Notes under the pieces: model-generated
What the model was told of the DNA's origin: nothing
Seen by the model: only the letters and a program-made list of their open reading frames with translations
Database searches by the model: none
Source of the DNA: a virus
Lineage: Duplodnaviria; Caudoviricetes
Length of the DNA stretch: 64,000 nucleotides
Direction: 5' to 3' (one strand)
Virus record (IMG/VR): IMGVR_UViG_3300031993_000027
Coordinates: 63,492 to 127,491 of that record
In this document: one piece after another, positions 19,070-28,714 of the stretch
How positions within the stretch are numbered: the first letter of the stretch is position 1
Layout of the letters: each line of letters begins with the position of its first letter
Position numbers and translations under genes: made by a program

Positions 19070-20762
19070 ACCACCCACGTTTAATATACTTCCAAAAACG
19101 ATTGATTGCTTCTTCATCCGAATTTGCTCTTAGGGACATTTTTGCATCGTCGTCCTTCAGGATGATATACTCGTCGGTGTCACCAAATGTGGAATCCTTG
19201 ATAAGTTCCCACTCGCCTCTCTTGATGATAGATACTTCATCAGTAGTCTTGGTGTTAAGAGCCTCTACCTCATAGGATGTTGTGTTATCGTCAATCATCT
19301 TGTCAAGAGCCTTTGTATTAGCAAAGTAAGCAGAACCGTTATCATCTGTTACAACAAGGTTTCCGTTTGCATCTGAACCAAGAACCAAGTTGTACTTAGC
19401 AATAGTCTTTACTGTTTCCCAATTAGTAAAGTTGTCGTTAATAAGTTCTTCCAACTGATATGTGTCACAAACTACAACTTCACTTCTCTTTGATTTTAAT
19501 AACTTACAGATATTGTCATCGGCTCTTACCCAGTAATCCATGTCCTTATCGTCCATGTTGTTAATCATACCTTCTTCGATATCATCGAGAAATCTATAAT
19601 CTACCTTATCGCTTGCACTCTCTAACTTCCTTCTCATAGTCCTGTTTCCCTTTCTGCTTTCAAGTGTTGTTTTATTTAATGGAATAAGTTTGAGTTCACT
19701 ATAATCAGGGTGATGTATAAGTTGAGCCTCAAAGTTCTTATCACAGTCATTGCAAAATACTTCTGTGTAGTCTCCGATAGAATCTATATGGATGGAGTTC
19801 TTAGCACCGCATTCAGGGCAATCTACGTCTTTATCAATATATGTCATAGACCACTCGTTTTTTCTCTGTCTGTTTTCAAGTGAAAGTTCCTGCGACCTTA
19901 ACTTCATATAACTGTCCTTTAAATCGGACAGCAGACCAAGGTTGCGAATCTCCTTGAAGGTCTGATTTCCTTTGCCGTATTCTCCTTCAGCAAGGAGACC
20001 GTTCTTACGAAGCAGGTACAGGTCATCGACCATCTTGTTTATCTTATCAGGGTCTTTGCTGTCAAGAGCCTCATTTATCTTATTCTTCCATTCGTCGATA
20101 TCTGCTTCGATATCAATTTCAGGAACTTCGATAGGTTCGGGTTTCTTTATCCACTCTTCCGTCATTACGGAGTAAATGCCGTTACTCATAGTGGATGCGT
20201 TTACATCTTCAACATAGAGTTCAACGTCTATGCCGTGAATAGAAATATCATAGGATTCGTTGAAGTCTGCCTTGGAGAAGTTCATAAGGGTCTGCACTAA
20301 TCCTGTATTGTCATCTATTGTCAGAAAGTTAACAACGATATGAACGTCAATATCGGAATGACTTGTATAGTTATAAGAAGCATTAGAACCCAACAGATAT
20401 ATATCTATCGGGTTGATATCTATTTCGGTCATGCCTTTAATTGTCTCTCTGAACTCTTCCACGATTTCGAGAATCTTTTCTCTTACGTCAGGAAGCAGGT
20501 TCATATTGGTATCCCACAACTTAGGATTGAGTTCTTTGTGTACCTCTAATTTCTCCGTTATTAGGCTTTCAGTAGCGAACGGTGGATTATATGGTTTGAG
20601 TTCTTTGCTAGAGAACACAGGAGCACTGTCACCGTTCCAAAGGCTAACAGAGTATTCGTCGTCTTCCTCATTAGCATCAACGACCTTACCCCACTCGCCA
20701 CCGTACCATTCACTGTTTTTCTTTATCTCTACGTAGTCGCCTACTTTAAACTTCTTCGCCAT
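19068..20762 (-). CDS. multidomain protein: SH3/KOW-like, Pol-beta-family nucleotidyltransferase, zinc ribbon, unknown
   Basis: FKVGDYV; LLGSNASYNY..SDIDVHIV..VELYV; CPEC..CNDC. Confidence 0.75.
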   Translation of the reverse strand: MAKKFKVGDYVEIKKNSEWYGGEWGKVVDANEEDDEYSVSLWNGDSAPVFSSKELKPYNPPFATESLITEKLEVHKELNPKLWDTNMNLLPDVREKILEIVEEFRETIKGMTEIDINPIDIYLLGSNASYNYTSHSDIDVHIVVNFLTIDDNTGLVQTLMNFSKADFNESYDISIHGIDVELYVEDVNASTMSNGIYSVMTEEWIKKPEPIEVPEIDIEADIDEWKNKINEALDSKDPDKINKMVDDLYLLRKNGLLAEGEYGKGNQTFKEIRNLGLLSDLKDSYMKLRSQELSLENRQRKNEWSMTYIDKDVDCPECGAKNSIHIDSIGDYTEVFCNDCDKNFEAQLIHHPDYSELKLIPLNKTTLESRKGNRTMRRKLESASDKVDYRFLDDIEEGMINNMDDKDMDYWVRADDNICKLLKSKRSEVVVCDTYQLEELINDNFTNWETVKTIAKYNLVLGSDANGNLVVTDDNGSAYFANTKALDKMIDDNTTSYEVEALNTKTTDEVSIIKRGEWELIKDSTFGDTDEYIILKDDDAKMSLRANSDEEAINRFWKYIKRGW

Positions 20763-20773
20763 AGTCTTAATCC

Positions 20774-21115
20774 TTATTCTTCAAATTTATCAAGCAGTTC
20801 ATCTTCGTAGTATATCTCGTCATATTCAATGCCGAGTTCGTTCAGATACTCTACTAACGGATACCTGCCATACTCGTCTTCTAAATTTTCCCACAGGTCT
20901 TCATAATAATACGAGCGATAATTCTCGCCATCATCTATTTCTTCGACCAATCCTTCTTCAAAGTAGTCATTATAATTCATGTCGCTATCAACTTCTATGC
21001 CTAACGATATGCAAGCAAATATTTCAGGGTCAACTTCAACAACATCAAACAACGTCCAATGGAGTTGAGGCATATAGGCTGTGCTTAAATCTGTTTCTGC
21101 TACAACTATTCTCAT
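20774..21115 (-). CDS. very acidic hypothetical protein with leader MRIVVAE
   Basis: ORF, AGGAG SD. Confidence 0.7.
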   Translation of the reverse strand: MRIVVAETDLSTAYMPQLHWTLFDVVEVDPEIFACISLGIEVDSDMNYNDYFEEGLVEEIDDGENYRSYYYEDLWENLEDEYGRYPLVEYLNELGIEYDEIYYEDELLDKFEE

Positions 21116-21118
21116 ATC

Positions 21119-21604
21119 TCATTTTCTCCTATGTTCATATAGTTTACCGAAGATATAGAACCTTCTTATTTTATCCACAACTTCATCAGATATCATATCA
21201 GACAATCTATACTTCTGCACCTGTCCATCGTAGGTATAGACTTCAACGAAGTTTTGTTTCGCCCCTAACATATCAAGCCACACAAGAAGAACCTTGTACT
21301 GTTCATCGGTCAACTGTCTTTCAGGTAAGACCATATACCACTTTGTCGTATCGCATCTGATACATCCAAGGTCAAACATGGTTTGACTTCCCTGTGTTGC
21401 TTTATACTCGTTTTCGGAGTATCCGTTGTCAATCAGGAACTTCTCAACGTCCGAATGATGTGTATATCTTCTTAAATCCAAGAACTTGCCATCAGGCATT
21501 ATGTAGGTAATGCCTTTAAACGGTAAATCTTCTGTTCCAAATTCTTTTTCAATTATGGAAAGAAGTTCTTTTTCAGTTTGTTCCTGTTCTAAGAAGAGTT
21601 TCAT
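21119..21604 (-). CDS. hypothetical protein with leader MKLFLE
   Basis: YIMPDGKFL..H..GCIR domain. Confidence 0.7.
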   Translation of the reverse strand: MKLFLEQEQTEKELLSIIEKEFGTEDLPFKGITYIMPDGKFLDLRRYTHHSDVEKFLIDNGYSENEYKATQGSQTMFDLGCIRCDTTKWYMVLPERQLTDEQYKVLLVWLDMLGAKQNFVEVYTYDGQVQKYRLSDMISDEVVDKIRRFYIFGKLYEHRRK

Positions 21605-21608
21605 TTAA

Positions 21609-22613
21609 TCACCCAAAATAAATGTCACTAGGAAGGTCATAACCCTTCATATATTCTTCAACACCCTCTGCGGTATAGAGATAGTCGCTATAATCATCAA
21701 GTCCTCTCGGAACTCCAACAGCACCGAAGTTTTCTCCACCATAATAATCTACACAGGCTCTAGCAAACCACATAGGGTCTGTGTCCTTCTTACAATCTGC
21801 ATAGGATTCAACCGCATCAACGTCAATCCAAGAATCGTTGATATCAACTGTTCCATCTTCAATAAGATAAACGTATTCATCATCAGGTGTGTCATAAACA
21901 TAATTGCACCTAACGAAATCATATGTTCCGTCACCGTTATCAGAAATAATAAAGCCACCGTCAAGGAAGTTAACGTCTCCAATGTTCTCCCAATTTTGAG
22001 CGTTCCTGTTCTCGAAAAGATTAAGTTTCATAGTATTTATTCTCCTACTTTCTCCAAAATACTCGGCTACATAAGTGTCGAACTCTTCGCCTGTATATAA
22101 TGCTTTTTTCTTGCCACTCTGAATGTCTTCAATCTCGTCATCAAGAGCCTCGGCAAAGAATGTTTCCGTATCGGTAACTATTCCATTATCATCATCCAAC
22201 ATCAGGAACAAATCATCGTGAGAATAGAATCCGTATTCCTTGGTCTTCAGCATACATTCAAAATCAACTATACCGATATAATCCTGCGGAAATGAGATAA
22301 GAATTTGACCCTGATATTTGCTCCTGTTCTTGATGCTGTCAAAGATGCTCCAATCGTTGTTGAACTCGAAGTCGGTTACATCGTCTCTAAAGTATGCGTT
22401 AACAACATCAGAGAAGAGTTCTTCAGCACTAAGATTGGCTGAAGTGAAGGTCGAGATACCGCCCTCGTACTTCTCGTCTTCAACATAAAAAGTGATTTCA
22501 TCAAACTCGATTTCAGAGCCAACAGTAAGACCTTCGATTTCGAATCTTCCCTGCTTGCCTGAAAACTGATTTCCACTCTTAAATTGGAATGTCAGGTTAG
22601 TTACCTTTGCCAT
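21609..22613 (-). CDS. acidic fusion protein; internal leader MKLNLFE with own SD at ATG 22031
   Basis: ORF; AGGAG upstream of internal ATG. Confidence 0.7.
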   Translation of the reverse strand: MAKVTNLTFQFKSGNQFSGKQGRFEIEGLTVGSEIEFDEITFYVEDEKYEGGISTFTSANLSAEELFSDVVNAYFRDDVTDFEFNNDWSIFDSIKNRSKYQGQILISFPQDYIGIVDFECMLKTKEYGFYSHDDLFLMLDDDNGIVTDTETFFAEALDDEIEDIQSGKKKALYTGEEFDTYVAEYFGESRRINTMKLNLFENRNAQNWENIGDVNFLDGGFIISDNGDGTYDFVRCNYVYDTPDDEYVYLIEDGTVDINDSWIDVDAVESYADCKKDTDPMWFARACVDYYGGENFGAVGVPRGLDDYSDYLYTAEGVEEYMKGYDLPSDIYFG

Positions 22614-22625
22614 GTTCTTTCTCCT

Positions 22626-23606
22626 TTAATCTAACACTTCGATTTGCGGAATCCCTAACTTGTTGCAAGTATCGAAAGCGAACTGTTTTTCTTCTTCAGT
22701 AGGTCTGTAAAGTCCATCCTTCGCATACTTCTTGAAAAGGCTGTAAAACGTATCTTCACAATCCTTATATTCATCTTCGTTGGATGCGATATAAATGAAG
22801 TCATCTTCCGATGGTTCGTCAGGACATACGTAAATCCAAGAGTAATAAGCATCCTCGTTGTTCATCGAAGTCATAACGTTGTGCATCAACTTAATGTTGT
22901 TCAAGAGTTGCTCGTCGTACTTCGGGGGTTCATCTTCTTTTACTCCGTTGTTAAGGATATCCTGTACATAATCCATTATGAAGTCTAATGCCTGTTCATA
23001 GGTCTCTATATCGTAGATATTACTTGCATCTAACGTTTCGTTTTCCTTGCTGTATGTAACCCTTACCCAACTTGCTGTAACAATCCTTTTTCCAAAGGCA
23101 TTTATACTATATTCAAAATCCCAATTTACCTTGAATGTTTCTTCGTATTCTTCTACTCTGAAAATATCTATATACCTTGAAAATCTTTCTGTATCAAACG
23201 GAATACCTAAAGATTTAATCGCCATATCTATTCCGAATCCAACAACCTCACGGAAATAAGCAGGGTCGATTTCATCTGAAAAAGCAATGTTAACGGATGA
23301 ACCATCATTCTTGAATACATCATAGAACCTGTATCTAGCATTATCGTTAATGCCGTATTTGTCCTCACAGAGATTGAGTTTCATAGAGCCGTTGTTTTTG
23401 TTCTCATAGAATACGTCATCATATTCAAGAATTTCGCTCTCTCCTGTTTCTGTATCCGTGATTTCTACTACGTGTCCGTTGCCTACAAATTCATAGGCGT
23501 TAGCATAAGCCTCGGATTTGTCATCAGTATAGAAATCATCTGCGAGACCACGAAGGTTTCCGTCGTAGTATGCTTTCACCTCATATCTGTAATCTCCGTA
23601 TGCCAT
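22626..23606 (-). CDS. acidic fusion protein; internal leader MKLNLCE at ATG 23384
   Basis: ORF, AAGGAG SD. Confidence 0.7.
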   Translation of the reverse strand: MAYGDYRYEVKAYYDGNLRGLADDFYTDDKSEAYANAYEFVGNGHVVEITDTETGESEILEYDDVFYENKNNGSMKLNLCEDKYGINDNARYRFYDVFKNDGSSVNIAFSDEIDPAYFREVVGFGIDMAIKSLGIPFDTERFSRYIDIFRVEEYEETFKVNWDFEYSINAFGKRIVTASWVRVTYSKENETLDASNIYDIETYEQALDFIMDYVQDILNNGVKEDEPPKYDEQLLNNIKLMHNVMTSMNNEDAYYSWIYVCPDEPSEDDFIYIASNEDEYKDCEDTFYSLFKKYAKDGLYRPTEEEKQFAFDTCNKLGIPQIEVLD

Positions 23607-23810
23607 TTATCTAATCTCCTTCTCAATCTGTTCTACTGTCATATCATCAAGGCTCTTTAAAACCGCCCTAATTTCGTCGCTGTCGCAATCGTACCTGTCC
23701 GAATAGAAATCTATTACTTTTTCTTTCAACGCAATCTGAAGCGATTCTGTGAGGTCACAGAGCCTTTTACTCTTTAATCTGTATGGAATTTTCAGATTTG
23801 CTGTTGTCAT
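23607..23810 (-). CDS. hypothetical protein
   Basis: ORF, AAGGAG SD. Confidence 0.6.
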   Translation of the reverse strand: MTTANLKIPYRLKSKRLCDLTESLQIALKEKVIDFYSDRYDCDSDEIRAVLKSLDDMTVEQIEKEIR

Positions 23811-23934
23811 CGTGTATCTCCTTGTCTATCAGACGTGTCACAAACTGTTCCAATTCTTCTTCTGTCATACTGTTAACCGCCTGTCTATTTTGTGGGAATA
23901 GAACCACGCCCAAAGGAGGGCGTGGGGTTAACCT

Positions 23935-24804
23935 TTACTCTTCTTCGTAATACTCTCCGTTAACATACTCGTCGTAGTCAGCGTCATCTTCTGCGTTATA
24001 GACAGTTTCGTAATAGTCATCATAGTCCCAATCTCCTTTACCGCTTGTAAGGATTTCGTACTCCATGTCTACATAGCAATCAGACCAGTCTATGTCACCA
24101 ACTTTACCTTCGGCAATCTCGTTGTCGATATATTCCTTCAGGTAACTAATCGCTTCATCATCATCCTCAAAACCGTCCAGTGGCTCTCCATTAAATCTAG
24201 CCGTATAGATACGGTTATCGCCTGTTACGGCTTTATCAATATAGTCTGTTACGAACTTCTCGACTACATGGAGATTTGCAACGCCCTCGTCATAACTATT
24301 CTCTATATCAAGGTCTTCAATATCGCCTGTGAAGGTTGAGTGCGACCAACCGCCACCGAGTTTAGCCGTTCCTGACCAATTTATATCTTTGATAAGGTCT
24401 TGGATGTATAGAGGGTCTATATCATCAGCATCAATACTACTAGCAATCCAGTCAGGGTCAAGGTCGTCAATATCTTCTGCGACCCTAGAGTACCAATTCT
24501 CTTTTCCACGGTATTCTTCGACCATTCTCTCGATAGCATCTTCTGTAAGAATGTCGCCATTATAGCCGTTACCAATGCCAAGAGGAATACTTATTTCAGT
24601 ACAAACAAGGTCTACGTCCTTAATGTCACCTGTTCCGTAGTAATAAGATTCAGCACTAACATCTGCCTGTATCTTGATATCACACTTGATTTTTACTGTA
24701 ACATCGTAGTTGTTTTTTTCTTCGATTTCGAATGACTTTACTTCGATATCTCCTTCGATTGAACCGTTACTGATTGTTACGGTATATCCTGCTCCTGCGC
24801 CCAT
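23935..24804 (-). CDS. very acidic hypothetical protein
   Basis: ORF, AAGGAGG SD. Confidence 0.75.
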   Translation of the reverse strand: MGAGAGYTVTISNGSIEGDIEVKSFEIEEKNNYDVTVKIKCDIKIQADVSAESYYYGTGDIKDVDLVCTEISIPLGIGNGYNGDILTEDAIERMVEEYRGKENWYSRVAEDIDDLDPDWIASSIDADDIDPLYIQDLIKDINWSGTAKLGGGWSHSTFTGDIEDLDIENSYDEGVANLHVVEKFVTDYIDKAVTGDNRIYTARFNGEPLDGFEDDDEAISYLKEYIDNEIAEGKVGDIDWSDCYVDMEYEILTSGKGDWDYDDYYETVYNAEDDADYDEYVNGEYYEEE

Positions 24805-24816
24805 ACTTTTTCCTCC

Positions 24817-25122
24817 TTAAATTTCTGCCCAAACACGAAGGGCATCACAAAGGTCATAGAAGTTATTAAGAATATAGTTTACATTATCCTCAACATCTTC
24901 GTATTCCATACCGTATTCTTCATAGTTTTCAAGGTTGTCTTCCTCATTCTCAATTTCATCAAGGTCATCCTGAAGGTCGTCTTCGTCATACTCTTCAGGG
25001 AACTTCCTGTGAATTTCATCATAGCAATCTTTAAGAAGTTCAAGAACTCTTCCCATATTATCACTACGAATTGCGTGTCTTAGTGCCTTACCATGTTTAA
25101 GTGTATACTTCCATTCAGCCAT
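24817..25122 (-). CDS. acidic hypothetical protein
   Basis: ORF, AAGGAG SD. Confidence 0.7.
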   Translation of the reverse strand: MAEWKYTLKHGKALRHAIRSDNMGRVLELLKDCYDEIHRKFPEEYDEDDLQDDLDEIENEEDNLENYEEYGMEYEDVEDNVNYILNNFYDLCDALRVWAEI

Positions 25123-25134
25123 AGTTTTTCTCCT

Positions 25135-25365
25135 TTATTTTACTTCCCAATCACATCTATCGGTCACATCATAATACTTGCCATTTAAATCCCAACTTAA
25201 AAGTTTCCCACTATCGGTAACAATATATGAAGTCCACCAATTAGATTCGTCTTCAGGTGTATATTCATAACCATCACCAAATTCAGACCCTTGTCGAGTT
25301 CTTCTTATGTATTCTTTGCCATCAACATAGAGTTTATCTTCAATGCTTTCTCTTACAGGTATCAT
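25135..25365 (-). CDS. hypothetical protein with leader MIPVRE
   Basis: ORF, AAGGAG SD. Confidence 0.65.
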   Translation of the reverse strand: MIPVRESIEDKLYVDGKEYIRRTRQGSEFGDGYEYTPEDESNWWTSYIVTDSGKLLSWDLNGKYYDVTDRCDWEVK

Positions 25366-25376
25366 TCTTATTCTCC

Positions 25377-25580
25377 TTACTTATACTGACTAAGTTTTCT
25401 GACCCAGTGCATGAAAATTCCAAACGAAGGGAATGTGTTCGGGTCAAGGTCATCACTTATATTGTCGTAATACTCTCTCAACTCTTCGTTAGACAGACCT
25501 CTCAACATTTCAAGTTCCTTGCTAGAAAAGTCGTGAGTACCAAGTTTGTCCTTCTTGGCTTCCGTAACTTCGATAACCAT
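25377..25580 (-). CDS. hypothetical protein with leader MVIEVTE
   Basis: ORF, AAGGAG SD. Confidence 0.65.
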   Translation of the reverse strand: MVIEVTEAKKDKLGTHDFSSKELEMLRGLSNEELREYYDNISDDLDPNTFPSFGIFMHWVRKLSQYK

Positions 25581-25607
25581 ATTAATTCTCCTTCCAATAA
25601 CATCATT

Positions 25608-25636
25608 AGTTTAGCACTATACTACCCTAATGTCAA
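25608..25636 (-). promoter_or_regulatory. sigmaA-type promoter with TAGGGTAG in spacer
   Basis: TTGACA-TTAGGGTAGTATAGTGC-TAAACT. Confidence 0.75.
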
Positions 25637-25694
25637 CAACTATCCTTTATTAAGTTAAATTTACACTTTTCAACATAAAAAGGCAAGAGTTGAA

Positions 25695-25979
25695 TCAACT
25701 CTTACCTTCCCAAAATTCTGATGTTAGTGCGTCCTCTTTAGCCAAGGCATACAGACTATCTATGTCATATCCTTGGTCGTCTGTCCAATAATCCTTAAAG
25801 ATTGCAAACTCGTCGTTCTCAATAGGATAGATGGAGTAGAATACATCGGGGTTCTGTCTGTCTCCAACGAACCACCACCTGCGTCTTGCATCGTCTGTAC
25901 CGATTACTTTTGCCACAGACCAGTCGAAGTCACTTTCGGAATACCCTTCGTATCTATTCTCAAACAACGGAAGTTTCAT
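25695..25979 (-). CDS. hypothetical protein with leader MKLPLFE
   Basis: ORF, AAGGAG SD. Confidence 0.7.
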   Translation of the reverse strand: MKLPLFENRYEGYSESDFDWSVAKVIGTDDARRRWWFVGDRQNPDVFYSIYPIENDEFAIFKDYWTDDQGYDIDSLYALAKEDALTSEFWEGKS

Positions 25980-25991
25980 GTTTATTCTCCT

Positions 25992-26318
25992 TTACCATGT
26001 AATTGTGGCAATCAGTCTGTCTCTAAGAAACGCCTGTCTGCCCTTATATTTTGTCATAGAACGAGGATTGAACTCGCCCTTAGTTGCATATTCATAGTCA
26101 CCTGTTTCAAAGGAAATGTCAAATCCGTTATCAACGAACCATTTACCGAGCATACCGTCGCTCATAAGTTCCTCTTCAGTAGTGCCTTTAGGAAAAGGAA
26201 TGATTATCTTATGATTTTCGTCATCAAACGTTGCCCCTTTAAACGGTTTAACGTGATTATATGCTTGCCAAAGAATATCACCTGATATTTCTTTTTCGTC
26301 CACTCTAATCATACTCAT
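25992..26318 (-). CDS. hypothetical protein with leader (MS)MIRVDE
   Basis: ORF, AGGAGGAG SD. Confidence 0.7.
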   Translation of the reverse strand: MSMIRVDEKEISGDILWQAYNHVKPFKGATFDDENHKIIIPFPKGTTEEELMSDGMLGKWFVDNGFDISFETGDYEYATKGEFNPRSMTKYKGRQAFLRDRLIATITW

Positions 26319-26330
26319 TCTCCTCCTAAC

Positions 26331-26663
26331 TTATTTATACAGTATGCTTGCAATTTCTTCTACGTCACGTAGTTCACCTTTTGCAATACTTAGAACGCAC
26401 TCTATAAGTTCGTCTTCAGTACAGGTATAGTCGCATATAATAGCACCTATTATCGTTGCTGTTCTTTTGTTTCCGTCTTGGAAGCCGTGTCCAATAGTAA
26501 GAGACCTTACAAGAGCACTTGCTCTTAATCTGTCATCATCATACCACTGTTGAGTACCCAAAGCCGACAGTAGGTTATCCTCGTTTATAACAACTGAACG
26601 TTCGTGAGCAAGATTACACACGCACTCGTTAACACCGATTAAGTAGTCAAGGTCAATTATCAT
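26331..26663 (-). CDS. doc: Fic/Doc family (death-on-curing) toxin
   Basis: HGFQDGNKRTA Doc signature. Confidence 0.85.
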   Translation of the reverse strand: MIIDLDYLIGVNECVCNLAHERSVVINEDNLLSALGTQQWYDDDRLRASALVRSLTIGHGFQDGNKRTATIIGAIICDYTCTEDELIECVLSIAKGELRDVEEIASILYK

Positions 26664-26824
26664 CCAAGAACCCTCATAGCCTTTGCATACTTCTTCACAT
26701 AGAACATAGCATCACGATAGCCTCTTTTCTGCGAAGCGGTCAACTCTCTTCCATCAAAAGATTCCTTCTTAACAGGAGTGTTATGATTCTTATTGTTATA
26801 TTTATTTTCGATTACTCTAATCAT
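26660..26824 (-). CDS. putative Doc antitoxin (54 aa) with leader MIRVIE
   Basis: Below track cutoff; AAGGAGG SD; ATGA overlap with doc; C-terminal KKYAKAMRVLG helix. Confidence 0.55.
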   Translation of the reverse strand: MIRVIENKYNNKNHNTPVKKESFDGRELTASQKRGYRDAMFYVKKYAKAMRVLG

Positions 26825-26836
26825 AGCCTTGCCTCC

Positions 26837-27259
26837 TTATCTATCTAAATAACACTTGTAGTGTTCAGAACCGTCAGGGTTCATTACTACTTTAGTTATA
26901 CCATTGTTCTTAGTTAAATTGAACTTATCTATTAACCAATCTAACACTTCCTGTGTACAAATATTAGGATTAGCATAAATAGTTGCTTTTCCTCTATTTA
27001 TTTCAATTCTTCCTCTAGGGAAATAATCAAAAGGTTTGTTGTGTGTCTCTTTAGGAGTTAGTTCTTTCCAAACTAATCTATGGTTATAGTTGTCTCCGTT
27101 CTTAGAGTTCAGGTGCATCACTTCAGGATTTATTACTATTCCATCCGAAGTAACAGGTATTTGAAAGTACAACTGATTAGCATACACGTTGTCTAAATCA
27201 GTTATCCAAAAGATACCCTTATATAAATCCCTGTCTTCTGTTAAGAGCCTTATAGCCAT
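26837..27259 (-). CDS. hypothetical protein with leader MAIRLLTE
   Basis: GIFW..NH..W..FDYFPRGRI..HY pattern; AAGGAG SD. Confidence 0.75.
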   Translation of the reverse strand: MAIRLLTEDRDLYKGIFWITDLDNVYANQLYFQIPVTSDGIVINPEVMHLNSKNGDNYNHRLVWKELTPKETHNKPFDYFPRGRIEINRGKATIYANPNICTQEVLDWLIDKFNLTKNNGITKVVMNPDGSEHYKCYLDR

Positions 27260-27282
27260 ATTTTATCTCCTTTATGATAATC

Positions 27283-27318
27283 TACCCTAAGATTATCACT
27301 TCTACTACCCTATGTCAA
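27283..27318 (-). promoter_or_regulatory. sigmaA-type promoter with two direct TAGGGTAG copies
   Basis: TTGACA-TAGGGTAGTAGAAGTGA-TAATCT-TAGGGTAG. Confidence 0.75.
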
Positions 27319-27321
27319 GTC

Positions 27322-27609
27322 TTACCAATATCCTTTGTCTTTCATCATTTTAGAATACTGTTCGTAGTGTTCATCCGTCATATATTCAGTAGGAGAATGG
27401 AACTCTTTAAGAACGTTTCTCATATAGTCTAAGCCTTTAAAAGAACTGTGTTCTCCGTTTTCCCAATCCACCTCTATTGGTCTGTATTCACGATTAGTGT
27501 CATCGTCAAATTCAATCTCGCCCTTGTAAATATCAACGACATAAGGCTTGTATTCTTTAGGAATATACTTCATAAGATAAGGGTCACGATTTTCCAATAT
27601 GTTTATCAT
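27322..27609 (-). CDS. hypothetical protein with leader MINILE
   Basis: ORF, ATGA coupling. Confidence 0.65.
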   Translation of the reverse strand: MINILENRDPYLMKYIPKEYKPYVVDIYKGEIEFDDDTNREYRPIEVDWENGEHSSFKGLDYMRNVLKEFHSPTEYMTDEHYEQYSKMMKDKGYW

Positions 27610-28088
27610 ACTCTCTTCCTGCCTCCGTACAGCGTCTTAACCACTTCTCTAGTGCTCATAAACACCTGATTCAGTTTCGTTGAATCTCCGTGTACATAAT
27701 CGTTCAACGCTTCAGTGATTGCCGATACGTTCATTATATCAGCATATTCCTGCACGTCGTCCTCGTTATTCTCCTTGACCAACTGTTTCGTATGAATCAA
27801 GGTCTGTGTCAGCAACGAACTCAAAGCGATTGCTTGGTCTTCGTCGCTTGCGTTCTCGTTTACCAAGTTCTTATACAACGGAGACTTGCCCATACGTTTG
27901 TAAATCTCGTTGTAGGTAAAGAGTTGCGGTAAACCGATGTGCCTGTTGATAAAGATAAGAACCTCGTAAGGAACGGTCTCTGACACCGCTAGTTCGTGGA
28001 TGTACGGTGTCACGTTTATCTTGCCGTTGGATTCGTTCTTAATCCTATTCAGGTACGCATATGCTCTTGTCTTATCTAATGTTTTCAT
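27606..28088 (-). CDS. hypothetical protein
   Basis: ORF. Confidence 0.7.
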   Translation of the reverse strand: MKTLDKTRAYAYLNRIKNESNGKINVTPYIHELAVSETVPYEVLIFINRHIGLPQLFTYNEIYKRMGKSPLYKNLVNENASDEDQAIALSSLLTQTLIHTKQLVKENNEDDVQEYADIMNVSAITEALNDYVHGDSTKLNQVFMSTREVVKTLYGGRKRV

Positions 28089-28104
28089 CTTATCCCTCTT
28101 GGCA

Positions 28105-28401
28105 TCAGTGCCTTAAATAATAATCAATAACCTCATTAGTTTCTTTTCTATTGAACTCACCTTCACGTTTGTATGAAAGCCAATCCTTTTCAGAAAAAGT
28201 CAAGTGAATAACCCCTGTGAAGTTATCCGTTTTACTCCACGCCCTTAGAGCCTTTTTATAAATACTATCTCCTGTTGTTCCTTCGTCATATCCTTCACAT
28301 ATCACACGTAGAGTATCAAGACGGTTAAGACGTTTGATAAACTCTTCCATTTTTAAATTAGTTGTGTATGACATTCCGTCAGGAAATGTGTATCTATACA
28401 T
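28105..28401 (-). CDS. hypothetical protein
   Basis: ORF, AAGGAG SD. Confidence 0.65.
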   Translation of the reverse strand: MYRYTFPDGMSYTTNLKMEEFIKRLNRLDTLRVICEGYDEGTTGDSIYKKALRAWSKTDNFTGVIHLTFSEKDWLSYKREGEFNRKETNEVIDYYLRH

Positions 28402-28412
28402 TGCTCGTCTCC

Positions 28413-28703
28413 TTAATATCTAGGCGTATCGTCTGTTTCAATCCAAAAGTGGTGTCCTCTGTCCATCGAGTATTGCTTCCAATCGAACTTGTCTACTCGG
28501 ACATAGGAAGAGATATGTCTTCCTCCTGCACCTGTCCAATATCCGTTCTTAACCATCTTACAGCGTTCGCCTGTATCTTCGATTGTCCCACTGATTACAG
28601 GGACGTAATCAACGTAGTCTACACCGTAACCTTCGTTGCCTTGCCAATCTTTTCCGTCAGTGCCACCGAGTTCGTTTATATTGTCTTCCAACGCCCTAAT
28701 CAT
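28413..28703 (-). CDS. hypothetical protein with leader MIRALE
   Basis: ORF, AAGGAG SD. Confidence 0.7.
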   Translation of the reverse strand: MIRALEDNINELGGTDGKDWQGNEGYGVDYVDYVPVISGTIEDTGERCKMVKNGYWTGAGGRHISSYVRVDKFDWKQYSMDRGHHFWIETDDTPRY

Positions 28704-28714
28704 AGTGATTCTCC

